From an uncultured virus (IMG/VR IMGVR_UViG_3300046721_000269) (Duplodnaviria > Heunggongvirae > Uroviricota > Caudoviricetes): 20,000 nt of DNA. The notes beneath the pieces were generated by a model that did not search any database, had not been told where the DNA came from, and saw nothing but the letters and a program-made list of their open reading frames with translations. Positions 9,981-17,594 of this stretch are shown here, one piece after another. The stretch lies in IMG/VR virus record IMGVR_UViG_3300046721_000269. One strand, 5' to 3'. The position numbers and the translations under genes are program-made. Within the stretch, counting starts at the first letter, position 1; each line of letters opens with the position of its first letter.

Positions 9981-10267
9981 GTGTCCCAACCGGGCTCGAG
10001 CGTGCCCTCAAGCCAGTGCCAGGGGATATCATGCACGCAAATAATGAAGCGAAGCGCATGCTGATCAACTTTGACTAGGCCGTGGATCTGGTCCCCATCA
10101 ACAGAGCAGACAACCGCGGGAAACGACTCCTCGAGATAATCAGCCATCGACTTTGTAGTCATTTCGGACGTAATGCACCAGGGGCCGGGGTAGTGGCACA
10201 CAGCGCCATTGATCGCGCACGCAGCAGCAGCATAAAGCGCCCCCGAATTTCTGACGTAGAAGTCCAT
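9977..10267 (-). CDS. Hypothetical protein (96 aa)
   Basis: Start moved to MDFYVR, where TAATG couples it to the upstream stop (10265-10269). Confidence 0.65.
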   Translation of the reverse strand: MDFYVRNSGALYAAAACAINGAVCHYPGPWCITSEMTTKSMADYLEESFPAVVCSVDGDQIHGLVKVDQHALRFIICVHDIPWHWLEGTLEPGWDT

Positions 10268-10668
10268 TATTCGAGCCCAGGGATCGCCGCGCACTTCTCA
10301 CAGAGGAAAGCTGGAATCTCGTCGCTGACATCCTTGCGCCAATCGTCCGGCCCAATCTCTCGGGTGCAATTCGCGCAGAACACGAGCTCAGGGACGTTGT
10401 GCTCCGTCAGCCTAGCGCGCATTTTAGTGAACTTATCGATAACCTCATCCCGGATTGCCGGCGTGATAATTTCCTTCTTCGCCTCCTGGATGGCCGCAAC
10501 CAGGACCATGTCGATATCATCCCAACTGCTACAGGTCGTCCGGGTTTTCCAGACCGTATCCGTCCACAGCTTCGCGGCCCTGGCGCGGTCCCCGAGCTTG
10601 TCATCAGCCGCCTTGATTGCGGCCTTGGCAATGGAAGCCCGCTTTGGCGATGGTCGCTTACCGAGCAT
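10267..10668 (-). CDS. Hypothetical protein with C-terminal zinc ribbon (133 aa)
   Basis: Start MLGKR overlaps the end of the upstream gene by 11 nt; CANC...CEKC pair at the C-terminus. Confidence 0.7.
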   Translation of the reverse strand: MLGKRPSPKRASIAKAAIKAADDKLGDRARAAKLWTDTVWKTRTTCSSWDDIDMVLVAAIQEAKKEIITPAIRDEVIDKFTKMRARLTEHNVPELVFCANCTREIGPDDWRKDVSDEIPAFLCEKCAAIPGLE

Positions 10669-10921
10669 TGAAGTACTCCTCGAGAAGTTTGAACAGCATA
10701 GTCTTGCCGCTCGCACGGCTCCGCAGGAAGCGGCGGGCCGGCGAATGATCCCTTTCCAAGCGCAACACAGCTCTTGCCACGCTCCACTGCCCCTCCGAAA
10801 GGCAGACGTTCTTTGAGCGCAGGAAGCGCTGAAACCCTGCCTCTTGTGCGCCTTGCCCGCAGCTGGGGCAGGACGCCAATGGCCGAATGCTGGATGATTG
10901 GGGCGGTAGCTCAGTGCTCAT
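10658..10921 (-). CDS. Small hypothetical protein with CxxC and a Walker-A-like RASGKT near the C-terminus
   Basis: CPSC; LSEGQ; RASGKT (10700-10717); 11-nt overlaps with both neighbours. Confidence 0.6.
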   Translation of the reverse strand: MSTELPPQSSSIRPLASCPSCGQGAQEAGFQRFLRSKNVCLSEGQWSVARAVLRLERDHSPARRFLRSRASGKTMLFKLLEEYFNAR

Positions 10922-11420
10922 CGTTTATTGTGGTAGTGATCAGTTTCTGCCTTTCGAAGTCCAGCTTATCAAATACCGTGTCCCCCAGGGGAAGCCTGAA
11001 ATAAGTGACGTAGCGCAGCAGGTCACGAAGTTTCACCCTCTCTTGCCGCGCCTGCTCCATCCGTTGCGAGAGCGTGGACGACAGCGACTCAACTTTTTCC
11101 TTGAGCGCCTTAATCTCCAGGTCGGTCGGCACGAAGTTGGCCTTTAGGGTGAAGTCTGTGGCCATGTAGCGGAGTTCGCGTGCGGCTTCTGTGCATTGCT
11201 TGCAACTAGGAAACATCATTTGAACGTGGTCCGCCAAATCCATGTGCCACTTCTCCCAATCCGCCTTGCGCTCGCGTTGCATGGCTTCGTGGAACTTGGA
11301 GAGTTCAGCCGACAAAGACTCCACCTGTGCGCGACACTGCATCAGGCGGGTTCCCTCGCCGTCCAGCTCAGCGCGCAGCCGGTCGCGCTCGGAAGTTAAT
11401 TGCTCGATGTCGTCGCTCAT
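10911..11420 (-). CDS. Coiled-coil hypothetical protein (169 aa)
   Basis: Start MSDDIEQ coupled by ATGA (11417-11420); heptad-rich segments flanking a CKQC motif. Confidence 0.75.
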   Translation of the reverse strand: MSDDIEQLTSERDRLRAELDGEGTRLMQCRAQVESLSAELSKFHEAMQRERKADWEKWHMDLADHVQMMFPSCKQCTEAARELRYMATDFTLKANFVPTDLEIKALKEKVESLSSTLSQRMEQARQERVKLRDLLRYVTYFRLPLGDTVFDKLDFERQKLITTTINDEH

Positions 11421-12043
11421 GACTTGTGAACGTAGCAGATATCCCCAAACCACCCCTCCATCCCTGGGCCCTCGTAAACCGGCTCGTAGCCCCATTGGAC
11501 CATTGCCGCGTTAACCTCGGGCTTGAGCGGCTGGTTGTGGTAGTAGGCGCGGTAGGCGACTTCCATCCAAACAAACTTTGGCCGCAACCCGTGGCCGGCA
11601 AAGAACATGAACTCACAGCCCTGAACATCCATCCAGAGGGCCAACGGGATCCCCGTGCGAATCATCAGGTCGTAGGCAGTGGAAACCGGCACGTAAATAG
11701 GATCGATCGGCATGTGCTGAGGAAAGGCTCCGTTGGGGACCAGGAAGCTGCCACATTGATCGTTTTCACCGACGGCACGGTTAAAGATACCAATGCCTGC
11801 GCCTTCCCCGATCGCCAGGTTCACGGGCTTAACCCGCGGATGTCCCCTGGCGTTGCCGAGGCACTTTTGCATGTTGAACGGGTCAGCCTCGAAGGCGAAC
11901 ACTATCGCCCTTCGGAATGCGATGGAGAGCTCGACCGCCTGTTGCGCGTCGAAGGATCCGACATCGTAAATGAGCCGAGGGTCCGCTCCGTGGTCGCGAA
12001 GTATCTGGACGAAAGTGTCAGTTTTCTTTGCAGGGCAGGTCAT
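11417..12043 (-). CDS. FkbM-family SAM-dependent O-methyltransferase
   Basis: IYDVGS (motif I), FAFEADP, WMDVQGCE and MEV..R.YY follow the FkbM/NoeI-like motif order. Confidence 0.85.
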   Translation of the reverse strand: MTCPAKKTDTFVQILRDHGADPRLIYDVGSFDAQQAVELSIAFRRAIVFAFEADPFNMQKCLGNARGHPRVKPVNLAIGEGAGIGIFNRAVGENDQCGSFLVPNGAFPQHMPIDPIYVPVSTAYDLMIRTGIPLALWMDVQGCEFMFFAGHGLRPKFVWMEVAYRAYYHNQPLKPEVNAAMVQWGYEPVYEGPGMEGWFGDICYVHKS

Positions 12044-12744
12044 AGGTTATCGGCAACGAGTTCGAGTTGTCTTTTGTAGTCCGAATCCGAGTCACGGTAA
12101 AGGTCGGTGTGCCGGTCCCATACCAATACGTTGCTCTGATCCCCTCTCCGAAAGATATTCGATGCCGCGCGCCAGTTCGGCTGGACCCAGTTACTGCCGT
12201 CCGCAGTAACCAGCATCGCGGGCTTGCCGAGCCTTTGGACAAAGCGCGTGATGCTGTGCTCGGATGCTTCGAAGCTGTTACAGGAGTACCTGTCTTTCAC
12301 GTGGATCGGATATTCTCGGAGCAGCTCCGTAGCAATCGCAAAGCAAGGCGTCCGCAGGTGCGGCCCGCGTTCGAACGAAGCCGATACGCCGTAAATCCCG
12401 GGCCCGTGCTCGACGTAAGCCTTCTGCAGCAGACGGAGCCAGTCAAACCGCCAGAAGTAGGTCCAGGCGTTGCAGCAAACCAGGAGGTCGCAGTCGATCG
12501 CGTCGGCAGCAAACTGGTAGGCGCCGCAATCCCATCCGTTGCCGTAGTACTCGAGGGAACGAAACGTATAGTTGAAGGTCGCCGCCCCCCCGCAATCGAT
12601 GATGACAAGTTGATGATCCTCCTCCGGCTTGAATTGGTCGTAGGTCCTGAGGAAACGCTCCGTCCCCATGTCATAGCCCGACGCCGGCGAACTCTGCTCT
12701 TTGGCCGTCGCCACAACCCGCGTGTAAGCAACTACGGTTTTCAT
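12040..12744 (-). CDS. RgpF-like (rhamnan synthesis F) / GT-A glycosyltransferase-like protein (234 aa)
   Basis: Start MKTVVAY coupled by ATGA (12741-12744); GWDCGAY, DLLVCCN, PHLRTPCF and FE...SIT parallel the RgpF pattern GYDFGA / DELIL.NDS / HLQSYF / E..LS. Confidence 0.6.
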   Translation of the reverse strand: MKTVVAYTRVVATAKEQSSPASGYDMGTERFLRTYDQFKPEEDHQLVIIDCGGAATFNYTFRSLEYYGNGWDCGAYQFAADAIDCDLLVCCNAWTYFWRFDWLRLLQKAYVEHGPGIYGVSASFERGPHLRTPCFAIATELLREYPIHVKDRYSCNSFEASEHSITRFVQRLGKPAMLVTADGSNWVQPNWRAASNIFRRGDQSNVLVWDRHTDLYRDSDSDYKRQLELVADNL

Positions 12745-13394
12745 TGGCCCCTCGGTCCCTTCCGGATGATGCAGAGGCTTTTGGCGAACATGATAAAATC
12801 GATGTCGCACTTGCCGCTTGGCTTGCCCGTCTGGCCTTCCCCGTTCTCGTTGACCTGGTGGACCAGTTCGAGGAAGAACTTGATCGCGTGCTTTGTCGGC
12901 TCGGTTTGCAGGTGCGGGTACTTCGGCAGGAGCCGACGGTTGTACCCGACATCATAGCTCGCGTGGAGGTCCTCAACGAAGTAGAGCCCATCGGGCTTGA
13001 GCAGCGGCCAGCCACTTTCGAAGGCTGCGATCATGTCGCGTGCCGTATGGGATCCGTCGTCAACGATAAGGTCGAACCCGCCGCCCATGTTCTGGAACAA
13101 CCGGATCCAGCTTTCCGGGATGCTGACATCCATCTCAAACGTCTCAATGCGATCCCCGTAGTCCAGCCGCACAAAGTCATTGTTGATATCAACCCCGATT
13201 ATCGAGGCAAACGGGAAGTAGTCCGCCCACATTTTGAGCGAGCCGCCTCCGCCGATACCTATCTCGAGCACCTTGCGCACGTGGCCGCGGAGCCCATGGA
13301 GCCAGAAGTCGTAGATATCCAGGTAGCCATGGCCCATGCTCGACTTGTCGGTTCCATACTTGCGCCCGATCTTGTCCAGCCGTTCCTCATTCAT
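12741..13394 (-). CDS. Class I SAM-dependent sugar O-methyltransferase (MycE/TylE-like)
   Basis: KYGTDK, HGYLDIY, VLEIGI, GSLKMWADYFP, FDLIVDDGSH, LKPDGLYFVEDL; likely start MNEERL 2 nt after the upstream stop (alternative ATG at 13418). Confidence 0.85.
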   Translation of the reverse strand: MNEERLDKIGRKYGTDKSSMGHGYLDIYDFWLHGLRGHVRKVLEIGIGGGGSLKMWADYFPFASIIGVDINNDFVRLDYGDRIETFEMDVSIPESWIRLFQNMGGGFDLIVDDGSHTARDMIAAFESGWPLLKPDGLYFVEDLHASYDVGYNRRLLPKYPHLQTEPTKHAIKFFLELVHQVNENGEGQTGKPSGKCDIDFIMFAKSLCIIRKGPRGQ

Positions 13395-13396
13395 AA

Positions 13397-13861
13397 TCAG
13401 CCTTGTATGGGGACGCATGGCTTGCGTTCGATTCGGTCTTTAACAACGGCCTTGAGGCTTTCGATGCACTTCTTAAACAACGGCTCGACGTCACAGCGGT
13501 TCCTCACGGTCTTTATCGCGTGCAAAACCGTCCCGTGGTCGCGGTCCATCAGCCGCCCGACCTCCGCGCAGCCGAGGTTGCAGAGGGTATGCAGGAAAAA
13601 CATCGCCGTCTGGCGCGCCTCGACAACCGCCGGCGTCCGGATCTGCGAGCGGACAGCGGCCGGGGCAACGTCGAAGAAGCTCGCCGTTATCATGGTAATC
13701 TCTTTGGCCAGCACTTGAGACTTAGTCACGGCTAACCTCGCAGTCATTTGGGCGATTTCCGCCTCGATAGTGGCCAGTTCCAGCAGGCGCGCTCGTTCCT
13801 GCTTTGCCTGGGCAAGTCGCATGTCCAGCGCGTCGGCCATTGGGATAACTACAGCTTCCAT
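13397..13861 (-). CDS. Stand-alone DnaA C-terminal (domain IV) HTH-like DNA-binding protein
   Basis: FFDV...RTPAVVEARQTAMFF...AEVGRLMDRDHGTVLHA matches the DnaA domain IV signature (RQ.AMYL...IG..F..RDHTTV.HA); no AAA+ domain; N-terminal coiled coil. Confidence 0.85.
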   Translation of the reverse strand: MEAVVIPMADALDMRLAQAKQERARLLELATIEAEIAQMTARLAVTKSQVLAKEITMITASFFDVAPAAVRSQIRTPAVVEARQTAMFFLHTLCNLGCAEVGRLMDRDHGTVLHAIKTVRNRCDVEPLFKKCIESLKAVVKDRIERKPCVPIQG

Positions 13862-13879
13862 AGTGTTTCATTTGAGTGT

Positions 13880-14098
13880 TTATTGATTGAGGGAGTACAG
13901 GAACAAAAGTCCGAAGGCGCCGATCGCGATGCCAGCAAATAGCGCCAGCGCAATAAGCACCCACTTGGCACCAGGCTCGATCGTTTCATCGTCGTAACTG
14001 GGGCACTCTGAGCCAACTGACGCAACTCGGTGCGCTCGCTCGTCCAGCAGACGGTAAAGCTCCTCTTTCTTGGCGTCGGGCATGGGTTTGTATTTCAT
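13880..14098 (-). CDS. Small protein with C-terminal transmembrane helix
   Basis: WVLIALALFAGIAIGAFGLLFLY; ATGA coupling at 14095-14098. Confidence 0.7.
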   Translation of the reverse strand: MKYKPMPDAKKEELYRLLDERAHRVASVGSECPSYDDETIEPGAKWVLIALALFAGIAIGAFGLLFLYSLNQ

Positions 14099-14766
14099 GG
14101 TGCGGTTAGATGCTTCAACTGCAGCTCAGTCTTTACCCCGTGAACGTAGACGGCCCCCTTACGGACCGCTTCCCGGGCCGCGGCCATGTATTCGGGCCGG
14201 TCCAGGCTGTTCACCGAAAAGGACGGAGCGGGGGACCATGGCAGACGGTACAGTCCAACCAAGAGGCCAAGCCATCTGTCCACAAACCCCCGCTCGTAAA
14301 TCTGCATATTCAGCATCCGGGACCCGTAATCCAAGGCCAGCTCGGCGCCGTAGTGGTCAAACCACCAGGGCGTATGGAAATAGGTGCACGGCGCAAACCC
14401 GTCCGACCCGTCGCTTCCGCCGGCCGGCGTGCTCATGAATATCCGGAGCTGCTGACCGACCCGGAGAGGGCCGAGGAAAACCCCGTCATATTCGATCACG
14501 CAGATGCTGGAATAGCTCCTGCACTCTTCCGCGAACCAGCGCAGCAAAATCATGAGCCGTTCCAGGTGATTCAGCCCGCCGGCATAGCCGTCATTGCCGA
14601 TCCGGAGCGCGCCGACCTGGCGCTTGATGCTCGGCCATGGGACCTCGATGTCCTTGCGCCCGACGCAGACGATATCGCACTCAGCCTTTTCCCAGTATGG
14701 CGCGTGGCGCTCTATGGTCGCTTTGGCCGCGGCGTGCCCCAGGACGGCAATAAGGGTAGGGCTCAT
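14095..14766 (-). CDS. Putative GT-A fold glycosyltransferase
   Basis: N-terminal beta strand, CVIEYDGVF (DxD-like), FVDRWLG, C-terminal YVHGVKT; ATGA coupling at both ends. Confidence 0.55.
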   Translation of the reverse strand: MSPTLIAVLGHAAAKATIERHAPYWEKAECDIVCVGRKDIEVPWPSIKRQVGALRIGNDGYAGGLNHLERLMILLRWFAEECRSYSSICVIEYDGVFLGPLRVGQQLRIFMSTPAGGSDGSDGFAPCTYFHTPWWFDHYGAELALDYGSRMLNMQIYERGFVDRWLGLLVGLYRLPWSPAPSFSVNSLDRPEYMAAAREAVRKGAVYVHGVKTELQLKHLTAP

Positions 14767-15434
14767 GAGGCAGTCAGCATTGTATGCTCTTTGAGCAGCT
14801 CAGGGATCCACTTGAACCGAGGGGTTTTCTTGTTCGGCACCATGCATGAGTTGCTGAAGTGGACCGCCGGCGCTGCCTTCCAGTGCTCCTCACCGTAGCA
14901 TTTCGCGTAGTTGAACCGACGGAAAGCCTCCGGTTGTTTCGTCGCGATGTGTTCGAGGATAATCATATCGCTAACGTGCTCCCTGCCGGCAGGGTCGAAC
15001 TTCGCGAACCAGACGCAGGCAAGGTCGAACGCCTTCGAGGTACCGCTGACGATGCAAGGCGTTGTGTTCTGGTAGACCGTCACAAAAGGTAGCGCCGTAT
15101 TCACGTCCGCGGCCAGAAGGTTAAGGTCGTCGCTAACCGTCGGTGTTAGGAACGTGTCGTAGTCCAGCATTATGCAGTGGTCCCCACCCTGAGAAGCCAC
15201 GGCCATCCAGCGTTCGTAGCACGCCAGGTCATAGCCAACCGGGTTAATGCTCGGCAGCTTCCCGACCGCGGCCGTGAACTTCTGGTAGTGGGGATGCCTC
15301 CAACAATGGTATTGCTGCAGGCAGATTGGCTCGAACCCGAGCCGGCGATGATGGTCGCACCAGAGCAAAAGCATTTTGAGCTCGTCGGCATGGTTGTGGT
15401 CCGGAACGTGGCTGTAGTAGGTATATAGCTTCAC
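14763..15434 (-). CDS. Putative DxD glycosyltransferase (GT32-like)
   Basis: CYERWMAVASQGG...MLDYD resembles the GT32 R...L...GG.Y.D.D motif; SDM and AVHFS downstream; GTG start in a GTGA overlap. Confidence 0.6.
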   Translation of the reverse strand: MKLYTYYSHVPDHNHADELKMLLLWCDHHRRLGFEPICLQQYHCWRHPHYQKFTAAVGKLPSINPVGYDLACYERWMAVASQGGDHCIMLDYDTFLTPTVSDDLNLLAADVNTALPFVTVYQNTTPCIVSGTSKAFDLACVWFAKFDPAGREHVSDMIILEHIATKQPEAFRRFNYAKCYGEEHWKAAPAVHFSNSCMVPNKKTPRFKWIPELLKEHTMLTAS

Positions 15435-15700
15435 TTGTAGGGATTGAGGTTCCTGGAAATAAACATGTTGGTAAGGGCCAGACTGACGCCCCTCTCGCCG
15501 CCCCCGTTGGCGAGCATTTGCTTAACGCTAATCATCAGTGCGCGCTCTCCTGCCCCGAATCCGACATCCCAAGCGCGCCGCTCGCGAACCTGTATTTCCC
15601 TGGTCGCTTGATGCTTCGCCAGATCGATCCAGCAAGCCGTCCAGATAATAACGGCGGCAGTGATAACGGTAGCGTCCGTAAGTATTTTGGTGAGTTTCAT
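15431..15700 (-). CDS. Small protein with N-terminal membrane anchor
   Basis: ATVITAAVIIWTACWI; coupled on both sides (ATGA, GTGA). Confidence 0.65.
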   Translation of the reverse strand: MKLTKILTDATVITAAVIIWTACWIDLAKHQATREIQVRERRAWDVGFGAGERALMISVKQMLANGGGERGVSLALTNMFISRNLNPYK

Positions 15701-16683
15701 ACCTGGATTATCGGCGGGGTGAACCCTAAGGCCCGCAGCCGCGATTGCGCAGTTGGCTGAATGGCGCTGAGCGCCGCCTGCTTCTCTTCCATCCCAACCC
15801 GGCTGTAGCGCTGAATTACCTCAAGGGTTTGGCCGGTCATTTCGGCAATAACGATCGGGCTCACCCCAGCTCGCACGAGCCGGCTGACAAAGGTGTGCCT
15901 GAAAGAGTGGAATGAGTGCTCAATCAACCCGCAGGCATCGCAAATCTTCCTGAAGCCGTAAATAATCTCACTCCTGGATCCCGTCCGGTAGTCCCGAGCC
16001 ATCGCCGGCATGACCCAATCCATACCAAGGGAGGTATCGCGCAACTCGTAAAGCAACCGTAAATGTCGGCTCAGCTCAGGGGACAGCGGGATTTCCAGGC
16101 GTTGACGGCGCGCCGTGCTCTTCCCCGGCCGTGCCACTATCTGATCGTTTGGAAGGTCGACGAAGCTCCCCTCGTGTGGCCGCAACGGGACCCATTTCAG
16201 GGTGCATACGTCTCCGCACCTAAGCCCGGTGTGCCAGGCGATAAGGATCGCATTCGGCCAGTAATCCCGGTAGAGCGGTCGCGCCGACTCCGCCAGGACC
16301 GCCTCATATTGTTCGAGGCTGAAGAGCGGTTTCTTCTTTCCGGCGGTCCTGGGGATGGGCAGGCGCCCGCGCTGGATCGGGTTTGCCACAATCTCCTCCT
16401 CCGCCATCAGCTTGAAAAAACTCCGCGGCTCGGTAAGCCCGACCCATACGTTCAACTGGTGGCGCTGTAACCAGTCGACAAACTGTAGCATGTGGTCCCT
16501 CCTGATATCGCGCACCAGGATGCCCGACCCGAGGCACTTCGATAGCCGCTTTATGTTCCGCTCAAACTGCTTCTGGCGATCAAGGTTCTGCCTGGGGCGG
16601 AAATAGTTCATTGCGGCCTCGATCGCTTTGCCGAGGGTGATATCAGGCGCTAGGCCCAGGGAAGATCCGATCACCTTGTTCAT
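15697..16683 (-). CDS. Tyrosine recombinase/integrase
   Basis: HTGLRCGD (R at 16219-16221), RPGKS (K), HSFRHTF (HxxR at 15898-15909), MTGQ, IQRY (Y at 15805-15807); N-terminal core-binding-like domain; start MNKVIG coupled by ATGA (16680-16683). Confidence 0.9.
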   Translation of the reverse strand: MNKVIGSSLGLAPDITLGKAIEAAMNYFRPRQNLDRQKQFERNIKRLSKCLGSGILVRDIRRDHMLQFVDWLQRHQLNVWVGLTEPRSFFKLMAEEEIVANPIQRGRLPIPRTAGKKKPLFSLEQYEAVLAESARPLYRDYWPNAILIAWHTGLRCGDVCTLKWVPLRPHEGSFVDLPNDQIVARPGKSTARRQRLEIPLSPELSRHLRLLYELRDTSLGMDWVMPAMARDYRTGSRSEIIYGFRKICDACGLIEHSFHSFRHTFVSRLVRAGVSPIVIAEMTGQTLEVIQRYSRVGMEEKQAALSAIQPTAQSRLRALGFTPPIIQV

Positions 16684-17474
16684 GGAATCCAATCGGTCTT
16701 TACGTGGTGGACCGCAACAACATCCCCCCTCTTGAGCATGTTGATCCGCTCCTCCTCGGAGATGACCAGGTTCTTATACCCCGAGAAAATACAGTCCAAC
16801 ATCCCTACCATGTCGTAGGATTGCTCTTTGAAGTAATCCCAAATCTTGAACCCGATCGCAAAGTCCCAAGCGTCATGAGCGCTGGCGATGTAAGCCGTCT
16901 TTTCCAGGTCGAAGAACTTGGCCAGCCACCGCAGATCGTAGATTGCCAGCGCCCCATTCGGGAACACCGCCGACGGCCCCTCGATCCCGGCGCCGAGCCA
17001 GCCGTAGGTAGCGATCGGGAAATTCTTCCGCGTGTTCCGCCGGAGCAGCTCATTCCAGCGCCGCGTCGCCTCGGGACCCACGTTACAGGGGTTATAGGTC
17101 GCCAGGGTCCCCGCGGCTACGGCCGGCACGGTGAGAGCGAAATACTCCTCCCACATGCGCGAATCCCAATCGTCGCAGCCTACCCTGACGTCATCCTCCA
17201 GGGTGATCATGTGGGTGTACCCTCGCTGGTGCGCAATTCGAACGCCCGTGAAGAAGGCGCCGTTCTGCACGCAAAACTTATTGGGCCGGCCATCGGGGAA
17301 CTTGTGCGAGCGGTAGGCCTCGGGCGATCCCTTCAGGCGGAACGTGTCCGGCCATGGGTGCTCCGAGTAAAGGATCATGTCGGTTGTGTGCTTGAAGCGC
17401 GCCAGGTTGCGGAGGAAGGCCTCGGGATGCCCGACGCTCGGCGGCGCCACATAGCCGCATAAACAGAGTTTCAT
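16680..17474 (-). CDS. Putative GT-A fold glycosyltransferase
   Basis: YTHMITLEDDV (DxD-like), NGALAIY, AWDFAIG, C-terminal AVHHVKT. Confidence 0.6.
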   Translation of the reverse strand: MKLCLCGYVAPPSVGHPEAFLRNLARFKHTTDMILYSEHPWPDTFRLKGSPEAYRSHKFPDGRPNKFCVQNGAFFTGVRIAHQRGYTHMITLEDDVRVGCDDWDSRMWEEYFALTVPAVAAGTLATYNPCNVGPEATRRWNELLRRNTRKNFPIATYGWLGAGIEGPSAVFPNGALAIYDLRWLAKFFDLEKTAYIASAHDAWDFAIGFKIWDYFKEQSYDMVGMLDCIFSGYKNLVISEEERINMLKRGDVVAVHHVKTDWIP

Positions 17475-17482
17475 AATTCGAA

Positions 17483-17589
17483 GGAGCCCAAGCGCGCAAC
17501 CAAAGAGGCGCTCGCCTTTCCCTGATGGGTAGCTATTTCACTACGGGTCAGGTTGGGCTTGGCGTTAGGTCGTAGATCCACTGGGCTCC
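17483..17589 (-). other. Structured intergenic element (nested inverted repeats; leader RNA or attC-like DNA hairpin)
   Basis: GGAGCCCA/TGGGCTCC (17483-90/17582-89), CCAAGC/GCTTGG (17488-93/17557-62), CAACC/GGTTG (17497-501/17551-55), AGGCG/CGCCT (17506-17), CCTGA/TCAGG (17521-25/17548-52) enclosing GTAG/CTAC. Confidence 0.55.
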
Positions 17590-17594
17590 AAAGT

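Noticed and set aside
13397..13861. Calling this gene chromosomal dnaA
   Set aside because: Only domain IV is present; no AAA+ domain and no dnaN/oriC context
15697..16683. Calling the recombinase an integron integrase (intI) or xerC/xerD
   Set aside because: No IntI-specific insertion is evident between the catalytic Lys and HxxR, only one degenerate attC-like site was seen, and the Xer LLGH motif is absent
10082..17462. Long plus-strand ORFs (10082-10816, 11426-12079, 12067-12957, 12744-13718, 14110-14898, 16704-17462)
   Set aside because: Antisense to motif-bearing, translationally coupled minus-strand genes; stop-poor mirror frames
17483..17589. tRNA or hammerhead ribozyme interpretation of the structured gap
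   Set aside because: No TTCRA T-loop or D-arm spacing for a tRNA; the CTGATG is followed by G and lacks the CUGANGA/GAAA hammerhead core
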